From contig DOGZ01000014.1 in NCBI GenBank assembly GCA_003528115.1, positions 166,081 to 230,080 on the forward strand: 64,000 nt of DNA, written 5' to 3'. The notes under the pieces were generated by a model. It was not told the DNA's origin. It worked only from the letters and a program-made list of their open reading frames with translations, and made no database searches. This DNA comes from Candidatus Omnitrophota bacterium (GTDB lineage Bacteria; Omnitrophota; Gorgyraeia; Zapsychrales; Zapsychraceae). This document shows positions 17,393 through 27,194 of the stretch, one piece after another. Positions within the stretch are counted from its first letter, which is position 1; every line of letters begins with the position of its first letter. A program made the position numbers and the translations under genes.

Positions 17393-18682
17393 GTGGGAGC
17401 TTACCCGCCCCAGGGCTTTTTGGTTCTTTGCGAAAACGTGGACTCAAAAATTATGCCTATATTCCATTACAAAGCTAAAGAGGGTCCCACTAAGGTTATT
17501 GACGGGGGTGTTGAGGCCAATAGCCTCCAAGAAGCGGTCGCGAAAATTTCCCGTAAAGGACTGACACCCTTGGATGTCTGGCCGGCGAGTCCGGGGGAAC
17601 TGAAGGCCTATCAAAGAAATATTCGATCCCCTAAATCGACGATAAAAAAGTGCCGGTTCACCGATGTTGTGATTTTTACGCGGCAGATTTCTGATCTGGC
17701 GGATGCCGCTGTTCCGATTTTACGGGCGCTTCAGATTGTCGCCAATCAAACGCCTCATCCGTATTTGAAAGACGTGATACAGGAAATGCAAGAGTTTGTC
17801 AAGAACGGGGGGGCCTTCTCCGAGGCCTTGGGCCGTTATCCAGATATATTTTCTTCCCTTTATGTGAATATGATTCGAACAGGCGAGGTCGGAGGACACC
17901 TGGAGGCTGTCTTACGTCGATTAGCCGATTATTTGGAAAAGGAGCAAGAGACTATCACCAAGGTCCGTTTGAGTCTGGCCTATCCTTTGTTAATTCTCAT
18001 CGTGGGTGTGATTGTTGTCTTGGTTTTGTTAACCTTTGTGATCCCGCGGCTTTCTGTTATCTTTGATGATTTTGACCAAGCATTGCCGTGGCCTACGGTC
18101 ATTCTTATGAATATCAGCGGATTCTTTGCCCGATATTGGTGGGTCTTGGTAGGAGTGACGGCCGTGGGGGGAGTCAATTTAAATCGATGGCTGCGTTCAC
18201 CCAAGGGGCGCGCGTGGTTTGATACCTTTAAGATTAACATTCCTCTTTTGGGTGAATTTGTCAAGGTCGTCGAGATCGGCCGTTTCGCGCGGACATTAGG
18301 GACATTGGTCGAAGGGGGTGTCGCTATTACAACGGCTCTCCATTCCGTCTGGGCGACCATAGGTAATACCGTGTTAAGAGACGAAATTAAAAATGTCTCG
18401 GATGAGGTGACCAATGGGGCGAGTTTGAAGGACGCCCTAAAGCGCTGCTCATTTTTCCCGGAGGCCGCTCTGAACATGATTGCCGTGGGAGAAGAAACAG
18501 GGCGGTTAGAGCGGGGGCTTCATAAAATTGCCGACACATTTGAAAGAAAGTCCGATCAGACCATCAAGACCATGACGTCTTTGCTGGGCCCCATCGTCCT
18601 GATTGTTATTGTCCTGATAGTTGGTTTTGTTGTGATCGCGATGTTACTTCCCATATTTCAGATGAATTTATTAATTCAGTAA
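17393..18682 (+). CDS. gspF: Type II secretion inner-membrane platform protein GspF
   Basis: It shows GspF repeat architecture with three TM helices per repeat, a cytoplasmic N-domain and conserved GGVAITTAL-type helices. Confidence 0.85.
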   Translation: MGAYPPQGFLVLCENVDSKIMPIFHYKAKEGPTKVIDGGVEANSLQEAVAKISRKGLTPLDVWPASPGELKAYQRNIRSPKSTIKKCRFTDVVIFTRQISDLADAAVPILRALQIVANQTPHPYLKDVIQEMQEFVKNGGAFSEALGRYPDIFSSLYVNMIRTGEVGGHLEAVLRRLADYLEKEQETITKVRLSLAYPLLILIVGVIVVLVLLTFVIPRLSVIFDDFDQALPWPTVILMNISGFFARYWWVLVGVTAVGGVNLNRWLRSPKGRAWFDTFKINIPLLGEFVKVVEIGRFARTLGTLVEGGVAITTALHSVWATIGNTVLRDEIKNVSDEVTNGASLKDALKRCSFFPEAALNMIAVGEETGRLERGLHKIADTFERKSDQTIKTMTSLLGPIVLIVIVLIVGFVVIAMLLPIFQMNLLIQ

Positions 18683-18825
18683 CGCGATGTTCACCGGAAG
18701 GGTCGCTCCTTATCGAGGAGTGAGGCTCAAGGCGGAAAGATGAAGGCCTTCATTTAATTTTAAATGACGAGCCGCGTCATTTCCTTCTAAATGGAAATGA
18801 GGAAAAATGACGGGAGGGGATAAAC

Positions 18826-19275
18826 ATGTTTTTAAAAAGGAATAAAAATGGTTTTACAATGATTGAAATTATGCTGGTGGTGATTATTATCGGGATCCTG
18901 GCGGCCATGGTTATTCCTAATTTGGCCGGCCGCAGGGAGCAGGCGCGCGCCGTCGTCGCTAAAGCGGACATTGAGGCGAATCTCTCCGCAGCCATGGATT
19001 TATATGAAATCGATAATGGACAATATCCGACGACAGAACAAGGTCTGAAGGCGTTAGTGTTGAAACCTTCTTCCGCGCCGGTTCCGGAAAATTGGAATGG
19101 CCCTTATCTCAAGAAGAAAAAGGTTCCGCAGGATCCATGGGGAAAAGATTATAACTATGTTGCCCCCGGAATTCATAATACGGATGGATATGATTTGTCT
19201 TCGTATGGCAAGGATCAGGTTGAGAGCGATGATGATATTATTAACTGGAGCGATGAAGAAGTTTCCCAGGAATAA
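18826..19275 (+). CDS. gspG: Major pseudopilin GspG
   Basis: The N-terminus is NG|FTMIEIMLVVIIIGILAAMVIPNL. GspG-specific core motifs are YEIDNGQYPTTEQGLKALV and DPWGKDYNY. A GGAGGGG SD is present. Confidence 0.85.
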   Translation: MFLKRNKNGFTMIEIMLVVIIIGILAAMVIPNLAGRREQARAVVAKADIEANLSAAMDLYEIDNGQYPTTEQGLKALVLKPSSAPVPENWNGPYLKKKKVPQDPWGKDYNYVAPGIHNTDGYDLSSYGKDQVESDDDIINWSDEEVSQE

Positions 19276-19450
19276 GAACAGGCCCTTCGCCTTTGGCGAT
19301 CTGCTTGGTTGCAACCTCCGGTGCTCGCTCAACGTCCATACGCCGGTCGCCTCGCTTCGTTCCCCGGTTGGGCCGCGCATCCCCTTCAAACGCGAAAGGC
19401 CTGAAGATGAGGGGAATGCCCGAGCAGAAGCCCCCGACATTTTATCTTTC

Positions 19451-19951
19451 ATGTCATGCCCGACCCGCCGACAAACGGGATTTACCTTAGTTGAACTTAT
19501 CCTGGTCGTTTTTATTTTGTCCATTATCGCCGGCCTGACCATGCCGAATTTCAGCCATATGTATGAGGGGATTCAATTGAAGAAGGCGGCGGAAGACCTG
19601 GCGTATATGATGCGCTATGCCCAGAGTCGGGCGATTATCAAAAATAAAGAATTGCGCCTGGAATTCGACTCGGCACAATCCAAATTTTGGCTGACGCAGG
19701 AATCGGAATCATCGCGGGCGGACAGTCAGCCGGAAGGCCGCGCGTTTAAGAAAGTTTCGGGACGATTAGGACAAATTCGAACGCTGCCTCAGAAAATAAT
19801 ATTCAACACGGGAAGTCCGACGGTTTCTTTTTATCCGGATGGGCGCGTGGACCAAGTCAGTGTCTCGATGTGTCTTAAGGAACATTGTTTTATTGTTTCG
19901 ACTAAAGAACAGCGGGGGCGCGTCCGATTATTTGAGACCACCCAGGAGTAG
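19451..19951 (+). CDS. gspH: Pseudopilin GspH-like
   Basis: An internal ATG yields RQTG|FTLVELILVVFILSIIAGLTMPN with E at +5. The ORF-track extension from 19097 overlaps gspG and a GC-rich spacer and is discounted. Confidence 0.65.
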   Translation: MSCPTRRQTGFTLVELILVVFILSIIAGLTMPNFSHMYEGIQLKKAAEDLAYMMRYAQSRAIIKNKELRLEFDSAQSKFWLTQESESSRADSQPEGRAFKKVSGRLGQIRTLPQKIIFNTGSPTVSFYPDGRVDQVSVSMCLKEHCFIVSTKEQRGRVRLFETTQE

Positions 19952-20104
19952 ACGGCGTCGTGTCAAGGTAATGATGAAGAGTTGGGTAGTAGTACTGTGT
20001 CAGCTAAATTTTTATATCAAGGAACACAGTACAACATTGCACTTTTTCTTGAAGTTAGCTAAAAAATTTATCTGACAGTGTAGTAGTTAACAGCGGGGAG
20101 ATGT

Positions 20105-20524
20105 TTGAGTAAGATGAGGGTTCATCCGTTACGAAAATGTTTCGCGGGACGTAATAAAGGATCTTTGTTGCTGGAAGGATTGTTGTCTGTGGCCATTCTG
20201 TCCTTCGCGGTAACGCTCATTATTCAAGCGATGACCTCCAGCCTCAGGGCGATCCTTTACAGCGCCGATTACACCACGGCCCTTGTTTTAGGGGAAGATA
20301 AGATGTTTGATTTATTGAAGGACGGATTTATTGAGTCTGGTCTCAGGCAAGAGGGGAAATTCTCGTCGCCTTACAACCGGTTTCAATATGCTTTGAAGGC
20401 CGATCCTCACCAGGAGGATGGCGAAAATGGGTTCAATGATGTGACATTAGATGTCTTTTGGGGGAAGGAAAAAAGGAAGAATCATGTTGTCGTGCGGACG
20501 TATTTTTTAACCCCGCCGGAATAA
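20105..20524 (+). CDS. gspI: Pseudopilin GspI-like
   Basis: The N-terminus KG|SLLLEGLLSVAILSFAVTLI has E at +5. Its size of 139 aa and its position between H and J fit. Confidence 0.55.
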   Translation: MSKMRVHPLRKCFAGRNKGSLLLEGLLSVAILSFAVTLIIQAMTSSLRAILYSADYTTALVLGEDKMFDLLKDGFIESGLRQEGKFSSPYNRFQYALKADPHQEDGENGFNDVTLDVFWGKEKRKNHVVVRTYFLTPPE

Positions 20525-20534
20525 AAAAAGCAGG

Positions 20535-21293
20535 TTGTATCACATGATCCGCAGACTGATGAAAACTCGATTTTATGTCCCAGGAAGTCGTCCAACAGGT
20601 GGTTTTACCCTGATCGAGCTTTTATTGGGGCTGGCTATTTTCGCTATTGTGGCCGTGTGTGTTTACAGCACATTCTCTTCAGGAATTAAGCTCAGCGACA
20701 AAGCGGAACAGCATAATGAGGTGTATCAGGAAGCGCGCATGGCGTTGAATTTGATGGCTAATGATCTTGAGAACATGGCGAATTATAATTTCTCCAATTC
20801 GTATAAGGATAAAGCCGCTTTTATCGGAGATCAGAAGAAGATCACCTTTTTGCGGGGAACGCAAAAGGGGTTAAGGGCGATCAGTTATTATCTTGTTTCC
20901 TCGCAAAGTGAGCATGTTCATCAATTGTTGAGAGGCGGGACCTCCACCAAGAATGTGGCGGTAACGTTAAGATCGGAAGAAAGAGCTAACGCGCAGTATT
21001 TAATCCGTGAGGAAATGGATTTTAAGGAGCATCTTGCAGACGGGATGGAAAAGGGAACAGAAGGAGAGATCATAAGCGCCAACGTCCAAGAAGGCGGCTT
21101 GAATTTTTCTTTCGCCTATTTGGAGAACGAGGAAAGTCGAAATGTGGTGTGGAAGAAGGAATGGTCGCATAAGGACATTCCATTTGGCGTGCGGATTGAG
21201 CTTAATTTTCTCACACCGCAGGCTAAGACCGAATCCCTTGCGCTGGTCAGGCGCGTGCTGATTCCCCATGGCTTTTTAGGGGAGCAGCCATGA
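20535..21293 (+). CDS. gspJ: Pseudopilin GspJ-like
   Basis: The N-terminus is TGG|FTLIELLLGLAIFAIVAV. The size is 252 aa. Confidence 0.6.
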   Translation: MYHMIRRLMKTRFYVPGSRPTGGFTLIELLLGLAIFAIVAVCVYSTFSSGIKLSDKAEQHNEVYQEARMALNLMANDLENMANYNFSNSYKDKAAFIGDQKKITFLRGTQKGLRAISYYLVSSQSEHVHQLLRGGTSTKNVAVTLRSEERANAQYLIREEMDFKEHLADGMEKGTEGEIISANVQEGGLNFSFAYLENEESRNVVWKKEWSHKDIPFGVRIELNFLTPQAKTESLALVRRVLIPHGFLGEQP

Positions 21294-22498
21294 GAAACCC
21301 AAAAATATCCCTAATTAAAACAAGGCTCAAGAGTAATTCTGGTATAATATTGCTCATCGTTTTGTGGGTCCTGGTGGTTTTAACTTTGTTGACGGTCAGC
21401 TTGGGACGCAATACGCATATCGAACTTTCCTTGACCAAATATGCCGTCGGGCAACTTAAAGCAAAATACGTGGCTTGGGCGGGTTTAAGTTACGCCATCC
21501 ATCAGATTAAGTTGGATTCCCAAGACGAATCTTCGAAAATGATGGACACGTTATATCACTGCGGGCTCCGGGCGGACCGGCAAAAGACTCCGAAGGAGTT
21601 GTTTCAAAACAGACCTCTGGGAGGGAAGGGGCATTTTAGCATTCAATATCTTCAGCCGAGTTCTGACTCCCGGGAAGAAATTGAGACAACTGAGATGGGA
21701 GAGACCTATGAGGGCAATATCTCGCAGACGGTTCTTTATAAAGAAGCGGCGCAGATGTATTTCAAAGTGTACGACGGTTTTCAGGATCAGGAGCGGCTGA
21801 TCAATGTCAATGCCATCACATCACAAAATAGGGGGGTCTTGAGCGCTTTGATTGAATTATTGGGCTTTGAGGAAAGCGCGGCGCAGACCATCGCTTATAG
21901 CGTCGTGGACTGGAAAGATGAAGACAGCGCTTTAAGCCATGATTCGTATGGCGCTGAACATGATTATTATAACGGGCTGACGCCTTCTTACCAGTGCAAG
22001 AATCATCCCTTTGACTCAAAAGAGGAATTGCTTTTAGTCCGGGGGATAACTAAGGAAATCTTTCGAAAAATTAAGCATTATGTCACGATTTTTCCTAAAG
22101 AGGGCAACACGCTGCGGATTAATTTTGACACAAGTCCTGAAGTTGTTTTAAAGGCCTTGGCCAGATCGGCGAGCGGATCTTTCACAAACACGGAAACCGG
22201 AGACGCGGATTCTTTGGTGGATAAGATTTTAGAATATCGTCGAGGAGATGACGCGCTGGAGTTTACCGGTGATGATCGTCCGGTGGAATTGAATCTGATC
22301 CCCTTGAATGCCAAGGAAAGGGTGATTTTTCTGAACATGAATCCTTATCGGACCAGGGTGTCTAATTATTTGCGTGTGTGCGTTCAAGGCGTCGAAGAGA
22401 ATTCCTCTAGTGAGTTTAATCTGGAGGCGGTCATTCGACGCCAGGATTTGGCGATCGTGGATTGGCATACAGGTCAAGCGGCCGAAGCTAAAGAGTAA
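21290..22498 (+). CDS. gspK: Pseudopilin GspK-like
   Basis: It has an ATGA overlap with gspJ. The GspK-type N-terminus is SGIILLIVLWVLVVLTLL, with no Glu at +5 as is usual for GspK. The size is 402 aa. Confidence 0.6.
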   Translation: MRNPKISLIKTRLKSNSGIILLIVLWVLVVLTLLTVSLGRNTHIELSLTKYAVGQLKAKYVAWAGLSYAIHQIKLDSQDESSKMMDTLYHCGLRADRQKTPKELFQNRPLGGKGHFSIQYLQPSSDSREEIETTEMGETYEGNISQTVLYKEAAQMYFKVYDGFQDQERLINVNAITSQNRGVLSALIELLGFEESAAQTIAYSVVDWKDEDSALSHDSYGAEHDYYNGLTPSYQCKNHPFDSKEELLLVRGITKEIFRKIKHYVTIFPKEGNTLRINFDTSPEVVLKALARSASGSFTNTETGDADSLVDKILEYRRGDDALEFTGDDRPVELNLIPLNAKERVIFLNMNPYRTRVSNYLRVCVQGVEENSSSEFNLEAVIRRQDLAIVDWHTGQAAEAKE

Positions 22499-22499
22499 A

Positions 22500-23945
22500 A
22501 TGAAAAAAAATATTTCATCCGTCTTAGAAATCACAGATTCTCATGTGAAGTTTTTTCAGGCAAAAGGATTGTCTGATAAACGTGTCATCACATCCTGTGT
22601 TGTACGGCCGATCGTTGGGGATACCGAGGAAGAGCTGGTTAAGATTTTTAAAGAGATACTACACTTGAAGAATATCGTGCCGGATGAGTTGGTGCTGATT
22701 CTTCCGCGGCGGTTAACCATTTTAAAACAGATGCGGCTCCCGTCCCATCATGATCAGGAAATCAGTCAAATGATCGGACTGCAGTTGGTCAATAAGATCC
22801 CTTACGCGCTGGAAGATGTTATTTACGACTATCATCTGTTGGGAAAGGAGACCTCCGGCTATACGCAGGTGCTTGTGATTGTTGTACTCAAGGAAGTGAG
22901 CGAGCGATATCTGAAGATCCTCAATAGGGTCGGCGTAAAATTGAGCCGATTAACGTTAAGTTCTTTAGGCATTCTGGATTGGCTGATTTATCAGGAAAGT
23001 AAGAAGATGATTGAAACGCGACAGGCCGTGGGGCTCATTAACATGGACACGATTCATTCGGAAATCTGTTTTTGCCACAATAAAAGTTTGCTTTACTCCA
23101 GGAATATGAATTACGGCGCGCAGGATCTCAAGGACGACAATCTTCACGGCTTTATGAATCAAATTGAATTAAGTCTCAAAGGTTACCAGAAAGAAAGCAT
23201 GGGCCCGGAAATCGGGAAAATTCTGATTGTCTCCCCCACCCAGGAGGTGTTCAATTTAAGAGACAGGTTAAAACAAGAGTTTAATCTTCCTATTCAAATT
23301 TTTTCGCCATTGGAGAATGTCCTGTGTCAAAAAAATTTAGATTTATCTTCGATGAAACATCACTTTGGCCTTTCTTTGACGGCCGGATTCGGCATGTTAT
23401 TTTCTGATACGCCTAAATTGGTTAATCTCGCGCCAAGGGAGATTCATCAAACGCGTCAAACGAGGATGCGCAAACGTCAGGTCGCGTGGTTTGTTTCCTT
23501 AATCCTTCTTTTTTTTATCTTGAGCGTTTCTGCTGCGGGAATGGAATTATACAGAAAGAATATTTATTTCAAGAAACTGGAAGACCGAATCATCCAGACG
23601 AAACCCACGGTTAAAGCGACCGAACAAAAAATGCGTGTTGTTCATTTTCTGGAGGGAGAATTTCAGGACCGCATTTTTATCCCTGATCTGATTCTCAATT
23701 TGTATCGTCTAACGCCGCCGGAGATATCTTTTCGTTCTTTATCGTTGGATGAAAAAGGTGGATTTGTGATTCAGGGGTATGGGGAGACAAGCGTGAGTGT
23801 GAATGATTTTCAGGCCAATTTAGTCAAGTCCTCTGTTTTTAAAGAGATAAATCTTGAATTCGCGACCAAGCGCAGGATTTTTAACATGGATGTGACGGAT
23901 TTTAAAATAACCTCTCAATTGATTAAGAGCCGGATGCCGCAGTAA
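22500..23945 (+). CDS. gspL: GspL-like protein (PilM-like cytoplasmic domain + TM + periplasmic domain)
   Basis: ATG 22500 lies 2 nt after the gspK stop. The N-terminus is ISSVLEITDSHVKFFQAK. A TM helix VAWFVSLILLFFILSVSAAG precedes a periplasmic C-terminal domain. Confidence 0.55.
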   Translation: MKKNISSVLEITDSHVKFFQAKGLSDKRVITSCVVRPIVGDTEEELVKIFKEILHLKNIVPDELVLILPRRLTILKQMRLPSHHDQEISQMIGLQLVNKIPYALEDVIYDYHLLGKETSGYTQVLVIVVLKEVSERYLKILNRVGVKLSRLTLSSLGILDWLIYQESKKMIETRQAVGLINMDTIHSEICFCHNKSLLYSRNMNYGAQDLKDDNLHGFMNQIELSLKGYQKESMGPEIGKILIVSPTQEVFNLRDRLKQEFNLPIQIFSPLENVLCQKNLDLSSMKHHFGLSLTAGFGMLFSDTPKLVNLAPREIHQTRQTRMRKRQVAWFVSLILLFFILSVSAAGMELYRKNIYFKKLEDRIIQTKPTVKATEQKMRVVHFLEGEFQDRIFIPDLILNLYRLTPPEISFRSLSLDEKGGFVIQGYGETSVSVNDFQANLVKSSVFKEINLEFATKRRIFNMDVTDFKITSQLIKSRMPQ

Positions 23946-24013
23946 AGCGTGGTTCCGAGGGAGGTTGCCTCTGGACGGAGAAGCGGATTCCGCCAAGAGG
24001 CAAGAAAGGCCGC

Positions 24014-24547
24014 ATGATGAAACGTTTAACGACACGAGAGCAAATCATCTTCGTCGTTTGTCTTTTTTTGGTTTTTATTTATCTGGGATATCAGTTGGGA
24101 GTAAAGCCTTTGAACGAAAAAGTCGCCTTTATTAAGACGAAAATTGAGGCTGAGGAAAGAAAACTCGGCAAACATTTGGCTGTCCTGGGCAATACCTCGA
24201 CTTTAGAAGAAGTGTATCAAGTTTATCTGAGCCATTTTAAGCAATCCAAAAGTAATGAACAGGTGATGTCGTCGATGGTTTCTGAAATCGAGGATGTGGC
24301 CAGTGAACTTTCTTTGCGGATTTCAGATTTAAAACCTAAAAGGGTCAAGACGGATCAATACAGCAATCATTTTTCCGTGAGTTTGACTTTAGAGAGTTCC
24401 TTACCGGATATCATCCATTTTATGCATAAATTACAAAATCAGCCTTATCTGTTGGCCGTGGAAGAATTCCGTTTTGATAAAAGCGCTCGGGCCGAGGCGG
24501 CAACCATTAAAACTCAGCTTGTTTTGAGCAAAACGTTAATTCCTTGA
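24014..24547 (+). CDS. gspM: GspM/PilO-like bitopic protein
   Basis: It has an N-terminal TM helix IIFVVCLFLVFIYLGY followed by a coiled coil. Its position after gspL fits. Confidence 0.45.
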   Translation: MMKRLTTREQIIFVVCLFLVFIYLGYQLGVKPLNEKVAFIKTKIEAEERKLGKHLAVLGNTSTLEEVYQVYLSHFKQSKSNEQVMSSMVSEIEDVASELSLRISDLKPKRVKTDQYSNHFSVSLTLESSLPDIIHFMHKLQNQPYLLAVEEFRFDKSARAEAATIKTQLVLSKTLIP

Positions 24548-24578
24548 GAAAAATTTCCAAAGATTTCTCTATTCTTAA

Positions 24579-24607
24579 TTGACTTTAATTTATATATATA
24601 TAAAAAT
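24579..24607 (+). promoter_or_regulatory. AT-rich sigma70-like promoter candidate (TTGACT-N16/17-TAAAAA) before the gspC-like and gspD genes
   Basis: A 75-nt, very AT-rich spacer ttgactttaatttatatatatataaaaat lies between gspM and the next gene. Confidence 0.25.
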
Positions 24608-24621
24608 AACATCCATATTTA

Positions 24622-25218
24622 ATGAAATTTTTTACCGCGAAATCTCAGGCGACACAAGGCCATCCGGGAACCGCGAATCTCGTTGGTAACACCAGGAAAC
24701 GAGAGGGCGGGTTTGATTCTTTTAAATTGTGTAATCGTGTCCTGGCCGTTCTTTGTGGCGGGATGTTTGTCTATATTGTGGTCCAAATTGTATCTACTCC
24801 TGTTGAATCCCCAGGCGCGGATCCCCGTAAGAAAAAAGAGGAGGAAAGGATAGTAAAGGAATTTTTCCTGCCGTCCCGGCAATTCTTTGATTTTTATCAG
24901 AATGAAATGAGCGGACGCGATATTTTCAAATCCCTTTGGGAGGAAGAGCCCAAGGGGGAATCAGTTCCGCAACCTCAGCCGATTCTTCAGCCTGCGTTCC
25001 CCATCGATACAAACCCCGTGCCGCTTTTGCAGGGGCAATTGAAGGTGGTGGGTATTGTCTTGGGGGATGTGCCGGAGGCGATTGTTGAAGATTTACAAAC
25101 CCATGAAACTGTTTTCTTGAAAAGAGGGGAACGACTGGGAGAGGCTTTAGTAGACGAAATTTTAAAAGACAAGGTGATATTTGTCTATAACAACCAGAGG
25201 GTTGAGTTGGCGCCATAA
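24622..25218 (+). CDS. gspC: GspC/PilP-like protein (TM anchor + Pro-rich linker + HR/secretin-interacting beta-domain)
   Basis: A TM helix VLAVLCGGMFVYIVVQIV is present. The C-terminus reads LKVVGIVLGDVPEAIVEDLQTHETVFLKRGERLGEALVDEILKDKVIFVYNNQRVEL, typical of the PilP/GspC HR domain. It sits directly upstream of the secretin. Confidence 0.45.
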   Translation: MKFFTAKSQATQGHPGTANLVGNTRKREGGFDSFKLCNRVLAVLCGGMFVYIVVQIVSTPVESPGADPRKKKEEERIVKEFFLPSRQFFDFYQNEMSGRDIFKSLWEEEPKGESVPQPQPILQPAFPIDTNPVPLLQGQLKVVGIVLGDVPEAIVEDLQTHETVFLKRGERLGEALVDEILKDKVIFVYNNQRVELAP

Positions 25219-25219
25219 G

Positions 25220-27151
25220 ATGAGACAGACTATTTTTCCTTTAAAACGGGCGGTTAGAACATTTTACCTCATCGGGCTTTGCCTCCTTTTGTATTTAGGA
25301 GGTGGGATGGATGTTGCGGTTCCTTACTATTCCGATGAGGCGGGTTTCTCCCAAAGGGTTTCCGAGAAAATTATCCTGGATGTTTTGGATTTAAAACAAA
25401 TGGACATCCTGGATGTTCTGAAGCTCATGTCCAAAAAAAGCGGCTTGAATATTGTGGCCGGTCAGAATGTTAAAGGGCGGATATCGATTTATGTGGAAAA
25501 GATGGATGTCGAAGACGCGTTAGAAATCATCGTCGACTCTTATGGATGGGCGTATGAACGGGAAGGGAATATTGTCAGGGTGATGACAAGTCAGGATTAT
25601 GAGAACAAATACGGCCATAAATTCGGTGAAGATTTTGAAACACGCGTCAAACAATTATCGTTCGCCAATACGGCGGATTTACTCGCTGTTCTGAATCAAG
25701 TCAAAAGCAGGTCCGGGAGAGTCGTGGCGGACGACAAATCGAATACCATCATCCTTATGGATACGCCTCAGAAGCTTGACGAAATGGAAATGATCATTTC
25801 CAAGATTGACGTTTCCAAGAAAACGGTTATTTTTGATTTAAGTTATGGTAAGGCTGAGGACGTAGCCAATAAGATTTCGGAATTACTCACCCCCAATGTG
25901 GGTGTCGTGAAGCATGATGAACGCTCGAATAAGATCGCGGTTTCAGACACGTCCGTGAAATTAAAAGACATCAGCCAATTGGTCAAGGCCTTTGACCAGC
26001 AAGATAAAGAAGTTCTGATCGAGGCGAAAATTTTGCAGATCCTTTTAAATGACGAACACAAAATGGGGATTGATTGGGAAGGCATTATTCATGATTTTCA
26101 TGATTTTCATCTTAAGAGCGACTTTGGAATTTTGAGCGATTCCGATAAAGGAGGACGGCTGAGCGTCGGGACGGTCGATGATGATAATAAAACTTTTTTG
26201 ATTGAGGCCCTTAAGAGTATGGGGTTGACGAATAATCTTTCCAGCCCCCGGATAACGGCGGTCAATAACAAAGAGGCCAAGATCCTGATCGGATCCACCG
26301 AACCGTATGTGACCACGACCACCACCACGCCTTCCTCAGGGCCGACCACCACCGCCGAGACGGTCAGTTTTATCGAAGTCGGCGTAAAATTATATGTGAC
26401 CCCGACGATTCATAATGACGGTTTTATCACGATGAAGATCAAGCCGGAGGTTAGTTCCGTGGTGGACAATTTAACAACCAGTAATAATAATACGATTCCG
26501 ATTGTGGACACCTCTGAGGCTGAGACAACGGTCATGGTCAAGGATGGCGCGACTATTGTGATCGGCGGACTCATTAAGGAGGAAAAGATTAAAGCGGAAA
26601 AACAGGTGCCGGTCTTGGGTAATGTTCCTATCTTGGGCTATTTATTCAAAAGCAAGACAGATTCCGTGCAAAAGAATGAAATTGTCATTTTCTTGACGCC
26701 AAGAATCATTAGCGGGGATGTGGAAGGTCGGGAAGAGACGCGCGCGAGCTCAAAGCCGCCTTTAAGGCAAAACAGCGTTAATCGAAGGGGACGTATCCTG
26801 GAGCCGGTGACGTCTCGTCGGAATTTAGCCTCCCCTGCGCCTCAAACAGGGGTCATGGCTAACCCGGCGTACAGAAATTATAGTCAGGTCATTCGGCAGA
26901 TGATCAGCCAGCGCGCGCATTTTAATGTGAATCGTCAAATGATTGAACCCGGAGAAGTGCGTTTGTCTTTTATTTTGGCGTCTAACGGCAGATTGAAGCA
27001 AGCCAGCGTTGTCGAAGACAAAACCTCCGCCAGTACGCGTTTGCAGAGTATAGGGTTGAAAAGCCTGCAAGAGTCTGCCCCGTTCCCCCCATTCCCGAAA
27101 GGTCTTAACTATTCAACTTTAAGTTTTAATGTGGTCTTGTCGTTTGATTAG
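25220..27151 (+). CDS. gspD: Secretin GspD family
   Basis: The N-terminus is a signal peptide. N0/N1-like domains are present. The secretin C-domain motif is VPVLGNVPILGYLFKSK…IVIFLTPRII. ATG 25220 lies 2 nt after the upstream stop. Confidence 0.85.
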   Translation: MRQTIFPLKRAVRTFYLIGLCLLLYLGGGMDVAVPYYSDEAGFSQRVSEKIILDVLDLKQMDILDVLKLMSKKSGLNIVAGQNVKGRISIYVEKMDVEDALEIIVDSYGWAYEREGNIVRVMTSQDYENKYGHKFGEDFETRVKQLSFANTADLLAVLNQVKSRSGRVVADDKSNTIILMDTPQKLDEMEMIISKIDVSKKTVIFDLSYGKAEDVANKISELLTPNVGVVKHDERSNKIAVSDTSVKLKDISQLVKAFDQQDKEVLIEAKILQILLNDEHKMGIDWEGIIHDFHDFHLKSDFGILSDSDKGGRLSVGTVDDDNKTFLIEALKSMGLTNNLSSPRITAVNNKEAKILIGSTEPYVTTTTTTPSSGPTTTAETVSFIEVGVKLYVTPTIHNDGFITMKIKPEVSSVVDNLTTSNNNTIPIVDTSEAETTVMVKDGATIVIGGLIKEEKIKAEKQVPVLGNVPILGYLFKSKTDSVQKNEIVIFLTPRIISGDVEGREETRASSKPPLRQNSVNRRGRILEPVTSRRNLASPAPQTGVMANPAYRNYSQVIRQMISQRAHFNVNRQMIEPGEVRLSFILASNGRLKQASVVEDKTSASTRLQSIGLKSLQESAPFPPFPKGLNYSTLSFNVVLSFD

Positions 27152-27194
27152 GCGTAATCGGGAGCGACAGACGGAATAGGGATTTCTTAAACTC

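Noticed and set aside
19293-19490. A 65-aa ORF in the GC-rich gspG-gspH spacer.
   Set aside because: It has no SD and an Arg/Pro/Ser-rich low-complexity translation. It is more likely non-coding and is reported instead as an unusual spacer.
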